A DNA stretch of 64,000 nucleotides. Origin: Solirubrobacteraceae bacterium (GTDB taxonomy: Bacteria; Actinomycetota; Thermoleophilia; Solirubrobacterales; Solirubrobacteraceae). The notes under the pieces are model-generated. The model searched no databases, was not told where the DNA came from, and saw only the letters and a program-made list of their open reading frames with translations. Every line of letters starts with the position of its first letter. Within the stretch, counting starts at the first letter, position 1. This document shows positions 18,154-26,810 of this stretch, piece after piece. The stretch spans positions 17,106-81,105 of the forward strand of contig DASXEZ010000160.1 in the NCBI GenBank assembly GCA_036489875.1, written 5' to 3'. The position numbers and the translations under genes were made by a program.

Positions 18154-19082
18154 GACCGCGCCGCGTGGTGATCTGGGGCCACCCGCTTCACTCGCACACC
18201 CATTCCTATATCCACGAGGGCTTCGCTCGCGCCTTCGTGTCGCTCGGGATCGAGACGATCTGGACTGCCGACCCCCAGGCGCTTGCGGGACTCGACCTCG
18301 ACGGGACCCTCTTCATCACCGAGGGTCAGGTCATCTCCGGCATGCCCTACGACTCGCGCGCGCGCTATGTGGTCCATAACGTCGACGCCAGTTGGTGGCG
18401 CGGAGGCGAGCGCAGCGCCCTCGTTCTCCAGGTCTATACGAACGCCCCGCGCGAGCGTTTCGAGGCCGGCCTGTCGATCGAACGCCTCGACGCCTACACC
18501 TACGTCGAGCGTGACGACCGCGGCATCGTGACGCTCTATCAGCCCTGGGCCAGCGACCTGCTTCCCCACGAGTTCGACTTCGACGTGGCGCTTCCGCCGG
18601 TGTGGCCTGCAGGCGAGATGGACGGGCTGCCGGCGAGCCCCTACTTCGCCGCGTGGGTGGGCACGATCGGGGACGGCGTCTTCGGCAACCGCCCGCAGCT
18701 GAGCGGATTCTTCGAGGCCTGCGAGAGCCACGGCATCGATCTCCTTCACCGCGCCAGCGTCGATCGCGCCACCCACATGTGCGTCGTACGTTCGAGTCTG
18801 CTCGCGCCCGCAATCGTCGGCGCGTGGCAGCTCGAGCGCGGCTACATCCCATGTCGCATCTTCAAGAACATCAGCTACGGCCGGCTCGGGGTGACCAACT
18901 CCCCCCACGTGCAGGAGATCTTTGAGTCGGAGGTGCTCTGTCGCGGTGACGGCGGCGATCTGTTCGAGGTGGCCATCGAACGGGCCCGGGAGCGGGCCTT
19001 GCTGCGCGAGCAGATGCTCGAGGTGCAGGCCCGGCACACCTACCTGAATCGCATCGAGACGATCCTCGCCCTCCTGACGTGA
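18150..19082 (+). CDS. hypothetical protein of the glycosylation operon (possible glycosyltransferase)
   Basis: Intact 310-aa ORF, translationally coupled on both sides. The N-terminus VVIWGHPLHSHTHSYIHEGFARAF resembles uncharacterised GT-associated proteins I recall from phage and polysaccharide loci. No firm motif. Confidence 0.65.
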   Translation: MRPRRVVIWGHPLHSHTHSYIHEGFARAFVSLGIETIWTADPQALAGLDLDGTLFITEGQVISGMPYDSRARYVVHNVDASWWRGGERSALVLQVYTNAPRERFEAGLSIERLDAYTYVERDDRGIVTLYQPWASDLLPHEFDFDVALPPVWPAGEMDGLPASPYFAAWVGTIGDGVFGNRPQLSGFFEACESHGIDLLHRASVDRATHMCVVRSSLLAPAIVGAWQLERGYIPCRIFKNISYGRLGVTNSPHVQEIFESEVLCRGDGGDLFEVAIERARERALLREQMLEVQARHTYLNRIETILALLT

Positions 19083-20758
19083 TCGTCGCGCACCTCTCCA
19101 ACCACGGCGGCCTCATCGCGGACTTCGAATGCGTGGCCGCTGTGCTTGACCTCGACGTTCGCTCGTTTCGCTACGACGACGGCTACAACATCGGACCGGA
19201 GCGTGCGGAGCGCTCGTGGGAGCGATGGCGTGAGCGCCTTGCGAGCGCCGATGTGGTGCTCGTGTCCGACACGGCACCACTTGCGCGCATCGTCCTCGAG
19301 CGGCTTGAAGAATTCGCGGGTCATGTCGTCCTCTGGGTCTGCAACCGCTTCGACTACAGCGACCAGGCGACCAATGACTGCGGCTTTCCCGACCCCGGCT
19401 ACTACGAGCTGATCCGGCGCTGCGTTGACCATGAGCGCGTACACATTGCTCCCTACTCCGCATTCGAGATCGAGTACGCCCGAGACAAGGGCGTCGAGCT
19501 GGGCGAGCGTCTCATCAAGCCCCTCGGCCGCCGCCGGCCTGAGCCACACCGCGCATCAGCGCGCGGTGGCGTCGACCGCGCCGCGACCGTCTATGTGCCG
19601 CCCTACCACAACGACACGATCTTCATGGACCTGGCCGCTCGCTGCGAAGCGTTGGGGGTGCCCGCCTGGTGCGGGCGCTACAGCCGCCTGGAGGAGGTGA
19701 GTGAGTTCCGGGCGGTCGTACACATCCCCTACGCGTGGTCAACCGTCGCCTTTTTCGAGCGCTTGCAGGCCGCGATCCCGACCTTCATCCCGTCCGCCCG
19801 CCTGCTTCTCGAGATGTGGCGGCAGCCGAACTTCTTCTGGCCAGACTCCCAGCGTCTCGAGGAGCTGCTCACCGAATCAGAGTGGTATGCGCCCGAGCAC
19901 GAGGGCCTGCTCGTCCAATTCGACTCCTTCGAGGAGCTCGGCGAGAAGCTCCACGAGCTCGACCTCGAGCCCGTGTGCGAGCGGCTACGGGAGTTCGGGG
20001 AGCGGCACGCGATCCGAACCTCCGTCGCCTGGAGCGCGCTCTTCGACGAGATCGAGCACGATTCCGTCCGCCGCCTGCGTCCCTACAAGGAGCTCCTCGA
20101 GCGCCACACCGAGGTCGATGGCGATCAGCCGTCGCGGTTTGCCAGCTTCAGCTTCGCCTTCGAACACGTGCAGCAGACGCGGGCACGGACCGTCGTCGAG
20201 CTCGGCACCACCCGCAGCTACGTCCACGGCGGGCTTGCGGGCTGTAACGACGACGACCCGATCCACTGGCGTCCTGATGCTCCCGAACGCTGGGACTGGG
20301 GTGCCGGAGCCTTCACCCTGCTCGCGGCTCTCTGCCTCCCCGACTGCGAGATCCACACCGTCGACACCGCCTCGAGCCACATCGAGCGCGCCAAGGTGAT
20401 GACGGCCGCGCACGCGCGGCGCATTCGCTACCACGTCTGCGACTCGGTCGATTTCCTGCGCTCCTGGGGCCCGGGCACATTGGATCTCGTGTATCTCGAC
20501 ACCGGCGACATGTGGCCGATCGAGCCAACCGCTCGTCACCAGCTCGCGGAGGCGCAGGTGCTGTGCGAGGAGCGCTTGCTCTCGGGCCAGGGCCTGCTGT
20601 TGATCGACGACATCGGCAACCCGACCCCGGGGCGGTTTGGCGACGACTCCCCCCACGGCAAGGCCAAGTACTCGCTGCCCTATCTGCTGGAGCAGGGCTT
20701 CGAGGTCGTCTTCGAAGGGTTTCAGTTGGCGCTCAGGCCGCCGGCACGCCGAACCTGA
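19079..20758 (+). CDS. two-domain protein: unknown N-terminal (GT-like?) domain + C-terminal class I SAM-dependent methyltransferase-like domain
   Basis: GTGA overlap upstream. The C-terminal part TVVELGTTRSY...DLVYLDTGDMW...GLLLIDD fits an O-methyltransferase (Methyltransf_24-like) layout. The N-terminal domain is unassigned. Confidence 0.75.
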   Translation: MIVAHLSNHGGLIADFECVAAVLDLDVRSFRYDDGYNIGPERAERSWERWRERLASADVVLVSDTAPLARIVLERLEEFAGHVVLWVCNRFDYSDQATNDCGFPDPGYYELIRRCVDHERVHIAPYSAFEIEYARDKGVELGERLIKPLGRRRPEPHRASARGGVDRAATVYVPPYHNDTIFMDLAARCEALGVPAWCGRYSRLEEVSEFRAVVHIPYAWSTVAFFERLQAAIPTFIPSARLLLEMWRQPNFFWPDSQRLEELLTESEWYAPEHEGLLVQFDSFEELGEKLHELDLEPVCERLREFGERHAIRTSVAWSALFDEIEHDSVRRLRPYKELLERHTEVDGDQPSRFASFSFAFEHVQQTRARTVVELGTTRSYVHGGLAGCNDDDPIHWRPDAPERWDWGAGAFTLLAALCLPDCEIHTVDTASSHIERAKVMTAAHARRIRYHVCDSVDFLRSWGPGTLDLVYLDTGDMWPIEPTARHQLAEAQVLCEERLLSGQGLLLIDDIGNPTPGRFGDDSPHGKAKYSLPYLLEQGFEVVFEGFQLALRPPARRT

Positions 20759-23246
20759 ACGGCACTCGCCGCCAGTTGCGCCAGCGCGGGTACCAATCCG
20801 GCAGAGGGGAGGGGACCGCCGGTCGCTCCCCGCGGCGCTCGGGCGGCTGCTCCTCCCACGCCAGCAGCGCATTCGCCCAGGCCGGAGCCGGGTCGGGCGC
20901 CTCCGTGGGTCGCAGCGCCGGCATGACAAGGATCTCCGCCGTCGGTTCACTCCTCTGTCCGCCGGGGCCGATCGCACGCAGTGTGATCCTCGAGGTGCCG
21001 CTCGGATCAAAGCGCCGCAACACCCCCACGGTCTCGGAGCCGTCGTAAGAAGCGACGACCTCGCCGTTGAGCTCGAGCTCGTAGCGCTCCACGACTCCGG
21101 GCGGCGGCGTCCAGCTCAGTTGCAGCGCAGCGCCCTCGAAATGTCCGCTCAGACTGCTCGCGGCGTCCAGATCGTCCGAGACGATCGGAGGCGGCGTGTC
21201 GAAGGCCAGCGGCGGGGCGCCCGAACCGACGTGGGCGATCGGTTCGAGCAGGGCCAGCGCCTGCGCGAGCGGGACGATTGCAAGTCCGGCGGCGACGTCG
21301 CTGACGCCGAAGCTGAGCACGAGCGTTTCGTCGCGCAGCGCCATGCCGGCGCAAAACTCGACGCGGTCGGCGATGAAGCTGAAGGGCCGCGACATCGCCA
21401 TGATCGAGTGGTCGGGCCCCAGCGCCAGCAGCCGATGCAGGTAGCGGGCGGCGGGCCCGCTGCGGTCCACTTCATGCACGACGAAGAGGTGGCCGCCGTC
21501 GTAGGGCACGCCTTGGGATCCGCCCCGCAGGTGATGTGCCTCGGCGGGTGCGTCGTGCCGTGCGATCATCTCGGTGCCGCCGCTGTGCGGATCGCAACGA
21601 AGCAGCGCGGTGGGGGCGCAGCTGTAGAGGACGTGCGGGACACCAGCCAGGGAGAGCGGCATCCAGTTCTTCTCGTGGCGCTCACCGTGCGGCCCTGCGA
21701 GCGCGGTGACCTCGACGATTTCGGCGCCCTCGAGCCTGAGCAACGCCACCTCGCGCCGCTCATCGGGGTTGAGATCACAGACCGTCGCCGTCGCATACCA
21801 GGTGTTGTCGCACTGGAACAGCCGGCAGTCCTCGTAGCCCTCGACCCGGGTCGGGTAGCGCTTCGGCTGCTCGGTGCGATCGACCAGGGGCGCCATCGTC
21901 CTCACCGCCAGATCGGAATCCAGCTCGATCAGGTAATTGATGGTGCGGAGCACCCCGTCCTCGTCGAAGATGTCACCGCCGATCTCGTAGTTGGCGGTTC
22001 GCACGATCATTCGAAAGCCGTCCCCGTCGCTGGCGATGCTCGGGTTGAAGCAGGGCCATGCCGGCTCGACATCGAGCTTGATCTCGCCGATCCTCGTCCC
22101 GGGCGCCAGCGCCGTCAGCGTCGCCGCAGGCGAGCGCTCACCCACGACTGCGCCCGCCTCGGGTCCGAGGGCCGACACCCGCACCGCCTCGGGCGCGCGC
22201 TGGAGATCGCCGAGCTGGCGGCCGGCCGCCTGGCGCACCTCGTCGGGCGTATCAGTTCGCGTGACGAGCTCGTGCAAATCATCACGCGCCTCGTCCTCCC
22301 AACCGAGCCCCGCAGCCGCGAGGCCCCTCTCCAGGCGCAGGCCCCACCCATACACCTCGCGGTGAACGAACAGCACATCGGCGGGATAGGGAATCTCCAT
22401 GCCGCGGCTCGCGAACATGTGTGCCATCGAGAAGTCCCCGCGACGGCGGTGTATACGGGCCAGCTCGTAGAGCGGCTCGGCACGGGCCGGCCGCCGCTCC
22501 CACGCCTCCAGAAGGATCGATGTCGCCGCTCCAACATCCTCTTGAGCCACCAGCATGCCCTGCACCAGGTTGGCGTAGAAGACCTCCTCGTCCCATCCGC
22601 CGAGCTCGACGCGCTGACGGTAGGCATCGATCGCCGCCTCGCGCTCCCCGAGCTCCTTCAGCGTCTGCGCCAGGTAGAAGGTCGCGCGTGGGGCGTTCGG
22701 GCTCCGTGCGAGATCGCGTCGCAGCAGGCCCAGGTCGCGGATCAGCTTCTCGGGCCGCGCCGAGCCGTCCGCGTGATGCTCGACCGTCAGCACCTCGAGC
22801 TCGCCCTGCTCGAACCTGCCGTCGGTTGCGAGGTGCTCGTGCGTCGACCCGGAGTACCACCAGCGACGGTCTCCGCGTACCAGGCGGAGCACCCCATAGT
22901 CGAGCGTGCCAGTGTCGCGAATCAGGTACGCGTCGAGCGTCAGGTCCGGCAGCGGCCCGCTCAGGCGCACGGTCATGTCCGCGTCGAGCGCCAGTAGATA
23001 GTCGGCCTTGCCGTGAGCACGTTCCATCAGCTCGGTGCGGTTGTGGCCGAAGTCGATCCACGTCAGCTCGTGCAGTTCGCCCGGGAGATGGGACAAGGAT
23101 GAGCGCACAAGCTCCTGGGTGCCGTCCGTCGACCCCGTGTCACAGATGATCCAGCTGTCTATCAACCCCCGCACCGACGCGAGGCAGCGGTCGAGAATTG
23201 CTGCCTCGTTACGAACGATCATGCACAGGCAGATCGACTTCTTCAT
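20733..23246 (-). CDS. 837-aa GT2-family glycosyltransferase with TPR region and C-terminal beta-rich domains
   Basis: N-terminus reads SICLCMIVRNEAAILDRCLASV...WIICDTGSTDGT...LALDADM (GT2). A TPR-like segment follows (ATFYLAQTLKELGEREAAIDAYRQRVELGG...PLYELARIHRRRGDF). Then comes a ~330-aa domain with FNPSI and HEKNWMP motifs, and a final FN3-like ~90 aa. The domains after GT2/TPR are tentative. Confidence 0.85.
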   Translation of the reverse strand: MKKSICLCMIVRNEAAILDRCLASVRGLIDSWIICDTGSTDGTQELVRSSLSHLPGELHELTWIDFGHNRTELMERAHGKADYLLALDADMTVRLSGPLPDLTLDAYLIRDTGTLDYGVLRLVRGDRRWWYSGSTHEHLATDGRFEQGELEVLTVEHHADGSARPEKLIRDLGLLRRDLARSPNAPRATFYLAQTLKELGEREAAIDAYRQRVELGGWDEEVFYANLVQGMLVAQEDVGAATSILLEAWERRPARAEPLYELARIHRRRGDFSMAHMFASRGMEIPYPADVLFVHREVYGWGLRLERGLAAAGLGWEDEARDDLHELVTRTDTPDEVRQAAGRQLGDLQRAPEAVRVSALGPEAGAVVGERSPAATLTALAPGTRIGEIKLDVEPAWPCFNPSIASDGDGFRMIVRTANYEIGGDIFDEDGVLRTINYLIELDSDLAVRTMAPLVDRTEQPKRYPTRVEGYEDCRLFQCDNTWYATATVCDLNPDERREVALLRLEGAEIVEVTALAGPHGERHEKNWMPLSLAGVPHVLYSCAPTALLRCDPHSGGTEMIARHDAPAEAHHLRGGSQGVPYDGGHLFVVHEVDRSGPAARYLHRLLALGPDHSIMAMSRPFSFIADRVEFCAGMALRDETLVLSFGVSDVAAGLAIVPLAQALALLEPIAHVGSGAPPLAFDTPPPIVSDDLDAASSLSGHFEGAALQLSWTPPPGVVERYELELNGEVVASYDGSETVGVLRRFDPSGTSRITLRAIGPGGQRSEPTAEILVMPALRPTEAPDPAPAWANALLAWEEQPPERRGERPAVPSPLPDWYPRWRNWRRVPFRFGVPAA

Positions 23247-24757
23247 GCCGAGCTGCCGGCGAGCTGCGCGATCGACGCGGCTGCGATCGACTCCGCGTGA
23301 CCGTTGTGCAGGATTCGCCCGTCATGGATCCACATCAGCCGGTCGGGGCGCGCGATCAATCCACTCGGGTCGTGCACACGCTGGATGATCGAGGTTCCGT
23401 GACGCAAGAGCTCGCGCACATGCCGCTCGGTGCGCTGACGCAGCGCGGGGCTGTCCAGCGCCGGAAGGCCGTCGATAAGTAGCAGCGGGCCCGACGCGCA
23501 GTGCAGGGCGGCGCAGAGCATCACTCGTGCCGCTACGTCGCTTCCGGCCTGCTCCAAGCTCTGGGGGAGAGCCTCCGCGAAGCCGCCGTCACGCGCAAGC
23601 TGAGACATATGACGGTCCACCGCGCTCACATCGGCGCCGAGGAAGGCGGCAAGCAACTCCAGGTTCTGGGCCACGCTGAGACCCGCCTGCACGGCGTCGG
23701 CTAGACCCCTGACCAACGTCGGCCGAGCAAGCACCTCCAGCGTGCCTTGGTGGGGCTCGCCAATACCGGCGATCGCCTCGATCAAGGCGCCGCCGGCCGG
23801 CTCGTCGGCTGCCGCGACCACGCCGACGTATTGGCCGGCGCGCACATGGAAATGACCGTCACTAAGGCCGGCTGGCAGCGACAACGAGGCCGCGAGAACG
23901 ACGGTCTCATCGAGGCTGGGCCGGGGATCCGCTGCGGGCTTCGAGGCAGCGCGACCCATGCCTGCCCGCACTTGCGGCTCGATGTCGATCGCGAGCGTGG
24001 TCTGAGTCGCAGCCGCGGCCGGGTGGGTGCACGCCCCGAGCAGCCGTGCAGCGTGGAGTCGGCGAGTTGCACTAGGGCTGCTCGCCTCGTCGATAACACG
24101 GCTGCGCCTCCGATCGGCGTCAAGCGGCGGCTCGACCCGCCAGCCGCTCGGCGTGGCGTCGAGCATCGCGTAAGCGGACGCCGCGCTCGGCTGAGGGTCG
24201 GTCGGACTCGTCGCCACAAGCACCCCCTCACGTACCTCGTCGATCATCAGGACGTCGCGCCCGAGTCGGGCAACCTCGTTCCGCAGCTCGCCGAAGAAGA
24301 CGACCGAAGGACGGTCGAGCGCGACACGGAGCGCCTCGGGTATCCCCACCCGCAGCATCACGGCGTCGACCTGGTCCATGTCGATGCCCTCGACGCTCGA
24401 GGCGCAGATCACCCGCAGCCGGTCGAACCTGTTGCGCCGAGCGGCCGCCCGGACGAGGTCGACGTGGGTAGGTACGGAATCGATCGCGATCACATCGGCA
24501 CCCGCCGCGGCCGCGGCCAGAGCGAACGCGCCCACGCCGCAGCCCACTTCCACCACTCGTGCCTGAGCCGGCAGCGCGTCGAGCAGCAGGGCTATCTCGG
24601 GCGAGTCGATCCACCCGTGCTCCAGCATCCAGTTGGTCTCCTCGTCCCCGACCTCGGGGTCGACGCACAACCAGATTGGTGGGCGCCGGGACACCGACAC
24701 CCGGATCAGCCCGCGAACTCCGTTCATCGCGGCGCAGGCTAGCGAAAGCCGCGTCAA
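23243..24757 (-). CDS. fusion protein: class I SAM methyltransferase domain + degenerate (non-catalytic) Wzt/TagH-like ABC ATPase fold
   Basis: N-terminal motif I VVEVGCGVGAFALAAAAAGADVIAID. The C-terminal ~200 aa align by eye to polysaccharide-export ABC ATPases, but Walker A is replaced by VGVVAAADEPAGGA, the signature by AGSDV and Walker B by LLLIDG. ATGA overlap with the downstream gene. Start is at 24757 or ATG 24727. Confidence 0.8.
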   Translation of the reverse strand: MTRLSLACAAMNGVRGLIRVSVSRRPPIWLCVDPEVGDEETNWMLEHGWIDSPEIALLLDALPAQARVVEVGCGVGAFALAAAAAGADVIAIDSVPTHVDLVRAAARRNRFDRLRVICASSVEGIDMDQVDAVMLRVGIPEALRVALDRPSVVFFGELRNEVARLGRDVLMIDEVREGVLVATSPTDPQPSAASAYAMLDATPSGWRVEPPLDADRRRSRVIDEASSPSATRRLHAARLLGACTHPAAAATQTTLAIDIEPQVRAGMGRAASKPAADPRPSLDETVVLAASLSLPAGLSDGHFHVRAGQYVGVVAAADEPAGGALIEAIAGIGEPHQGTLEVLARPTLVRGLADAVQAGLSVAQNLELLAAFLGADVSAVDRHMSQLARDGGFAEALPQSLEQAGSDVAARVMLCAALHCASGPLLLIDGLPALDSPALRQRTERHVRELLRHGTSIIQRVHDPSGLIARPDRLMWIHDGRILHNGHAESIAAASIAQLAGSSA

Positions 24758-24827
24758 CCTTGGCGGGCCCGGTTTGGCGCCGGTCTTGCGGCGCTACGAT
24801 CAAGCTCCCGACCCAAAGCGAGCGCGA

Positions 24828-25199
24828 ATGACCGAGAAGCTGATCCTGCAGCCAGACGCCAGCCACCCGATCACAGTCGAGCGGGAGGGCGAGCATGTCG
24901 TGGTGTCGGTAGACGGACGCACCGTCGCAGACACCCATGCGGCACTGACGCTCCGCGAGGCGGACTACCCGCCCGTCCGATACATCCCGCTCGCGGACGT
25001 CGACTCATCGTTGCTGGAGGCGACCGACCACTCAAGCTACTGCCCCTACAAGGGCGACTGTAGCTACTACAGCCTCACAGTGGGCGATGGCGAGCTGGAG
25101 AACGTCGTATGGGAGTATCGGGACCCCTACGCTCCGGTATCCGACATCCGCGGCCACGTCGCCTTCTACCCGAACCGCGTCCAGATCACCTCGGCTTAG
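24828..25199 (+). CDS. DUF427 domain protein
   Basis: ATG 24828. VRYIPLADVD...SYCPYKGDCSYYSL...NVVWEYRDPY...GHVAFYPNRV is the characteristic DUF427 pattern. Confidence 0.85.
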   Translation: MTEKLILQPDASHPITVEREGEHVVVSVDGRTVADTHAALTLREADYPPVRYIPLADVDSSLLEATDHSSYCPYKGDCSYYSLTVGDGELENVVWEYRDPYAPVSDIRGHVAFYPNRVQITSA

Positions 25200-25405
25200 C
25201 CGGGGGGCCAGCGCCGCGCTTTCGGACCTCGTGATCGTGCGCGCGGGCCGGCCATTCGGCATGTGATTTCTGCTTTACGGCCTGCGAGGGAGCCGCCCCG
25301 GGCTTGCACGCCAGCGAGCGCTGCGGGCGGGGTCAGGACGCTCGTCCCGGAGACCGCGCGGCGTTGCGGGACCGGGCTCGGCCGGTACCATCCACTGCCG
25401 AGCGC

Positions 25406-25478
25406 GCCGACGTAGCTCAGCTGGTAGAGCACTTCACTCGTAATGAAGGGGTCCCCGGTTCGAATCCGGGCGTCGGCT
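25406..25478 (+). tRNA. tRNA-Thr (anticodon CGU)
   Basis: GCCGACG/CGTCGGC acceptor stem, D-arm TAGCTCAGCTGGTAGAGCA, anticodon stem-loop CTTCA-CTCGTAA-TGAAG (CGT), T-arm CCCGGTTCGAATCCGGG. 73 nt, CCA not encoded. Confidence 0.9.
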
Positions 25479-25704
25479 TGGGAGACGCCAAAGGCGATGA
25501 GCGACGCCTGCGGGCCTCAAGCGCCACGGTCACCTCGATGTGACGCGTTCCAAACCATCGGCGACTACGGCCAACGGCGCGGCGCCTACGACAGGGTTCG
25601 CGGAGGCGTCGTCACGCGGGCACGCCAGATGCTGCTGGCGGGTCGACCGCACTGACGCTCTCGCCGCACCGGCTAGCATCTCTGGCGAGAGCCCCTCGGC
25701 CACC

Positions 25705-26529
25705 ATGGCTCCTCGGCGCACCTTTTATCTGCTAAACGCTCCCGGGTGGTATCCGGGGTTTTTCTCGTGCTATCAGGTCGTCGTGGGGTTCCTGAATTGG
25801 TACGAACGCCAGGCGGCTGAAGGCTTGGCCTCTGGCATGAAGGTGTGGTTCGAACAGGGTCTCTACTTCGATCACCGCGTTGGACCGAACTGGTGGGAGT
25901 ACTACTTCGAGCCGATTCACACTGCCGAGCCGTCGGACGAGCACATCGAACTCATTAGCGACAGCCCCAAGGCTCTCTGGGCCACAGAAGCCATTTCGAC
26001 GATCTCGAGGGAGCGCGCAGGCCAGCTCATCCGGAAATACATCAAGGTGAAGCCGCATGTTCAGCGCAAGGTCGACGCGTTCGAGGAGCGGTATTTCGAA
26101 AGTCGGTACGTCGCGGGCGTCCATTACCGGGGAACCGACAAAGGCAACGAGGCTCCAAAAGTGGCCTACGAAGTCGTCGAGGCCGCCGTTCAGCAGGAAA
26201 TTGCGGGCCGCTCGGACGCGGTCATTTTCGTCGCCACCGATGAACAACAATGTCTTGACCACCTGAGGGCGGCGTTCGGTGCGCGGGTGGTCTTTATCGA
26301 TGCCCTCAGGTCAGCGAATTACGAACCCATCCACCACTTGAACGGAGGGTGGGCTGCAACGGATCGCTACGCCCTCGGGGAGGAGGCATTGATCGATTGC
26401 ATGCTGCTTTCCCGATCGAACGTCATCATTCGTACTCAATCAAACCTGAGTTCGTCGGCCGGCAACATCAATCCAACCGTGCCCGTGGTCGATCTCAATC
26501 GTGCGACCTACCACGACGGCCTGCGGTAA
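25705..26529 (+). CDS. GT23 (FUT8/NodZ)-like fucosyltransferase-superfamily protein
   Basis: ATG 25705 (MAPRRTFYLL). Three motifs appear in the right order: AGVHYRGTDKGNEA (cf. GVHVRRTDK), IFVATDEQQCLDHL (cf. VYLATDD) and LIDCMLLSRSNVIIRTQSNLSSSA (cf. D..FLS..DFLVCTFSS). G+C is visibly lower than in the neighbours. Confidence 0.7.
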   Translation: MAPRRTFYLLNAPGWYPGFFSCYQVVVGFLNWYERQAAEGLASGMKVWFEQGLYFDHRVGPNWWEYYFEPIHTAEPSDEHIELISDSPKALWATEAISTISRERAGQLIRKYIKVKPHVQRKVDAFEERYFESRYVAGVHYRGTDKGNEAPKVAYEVVEAAVQQEIAGRSDAVIFVATDEQQCLDHLRAAFGARVVFIDALRSANYEPIHHLNGGWAATDRYALGEEALIDCMLLSRSNVIIRTQSNLSSSAGNINPTVPVVDLNRATYHDGLR

Positions 26530-26810
26530 GTAGAGCGCGGGAGCGCACCGCTTGCTAAGTGCCGGCTGGTGGCGGCAGGGGGCTCCCAGTCGGGCCTCTG
26601 ATCTGCCAACCGGCCGCAGCGACGAGCAACAGCTGGGGAAGCGCTACCCGCCAGTTGGCGGGTCCCGAACGGGAAATTCCCGCCGTTCGGCACTGGTTTG
26701 TGCCGTGGAGGCGTGAATAGAGTCGCTCAGGTCGTTGCGGCTGGGGATCGAGGGTAGGAAAGTCCGACTCTGGCGGGAGCCCTGCGTCGCGCGGATCTAC
26801 CGGAGGAGAC

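Noticed and set aside
6036-23000. Many 250-790-aa ORFs antisense to clear genes (for example 6036-7148, 7043-8155, 10905-11999, 13413-14810, 14832-15887, 18060-19037, 19985-21010, 20637-22997)
   Set aside because: These are typical stop-codon-poor shadow frames of very G+C-rich DNA. Their translations are Arg/Ala/Gly/Pro-rich without motifs, while the opposite strand has recognisable domains and G/C-biased third positions.
25540-25704. N-terminal extension of the fucosyltransferase-like ORF back to 25540, close to the tRNA
   Set aside because: The extension is Ala/Arg-rich and unlike the rest of the protein. ATG 25705 begins the conserved-looking part, and the extension would start 62 nt after the tRNA.
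25479-26810. Integrase/att-bounded genomic island at tRNA-Thr
   Set aside because: No integrase, transposase or direct repeat of the tRNA 3' end was found by eye. Only the compositional shift supports foreign origin, so it is reported as a hypothesis rather than as a mobile element.
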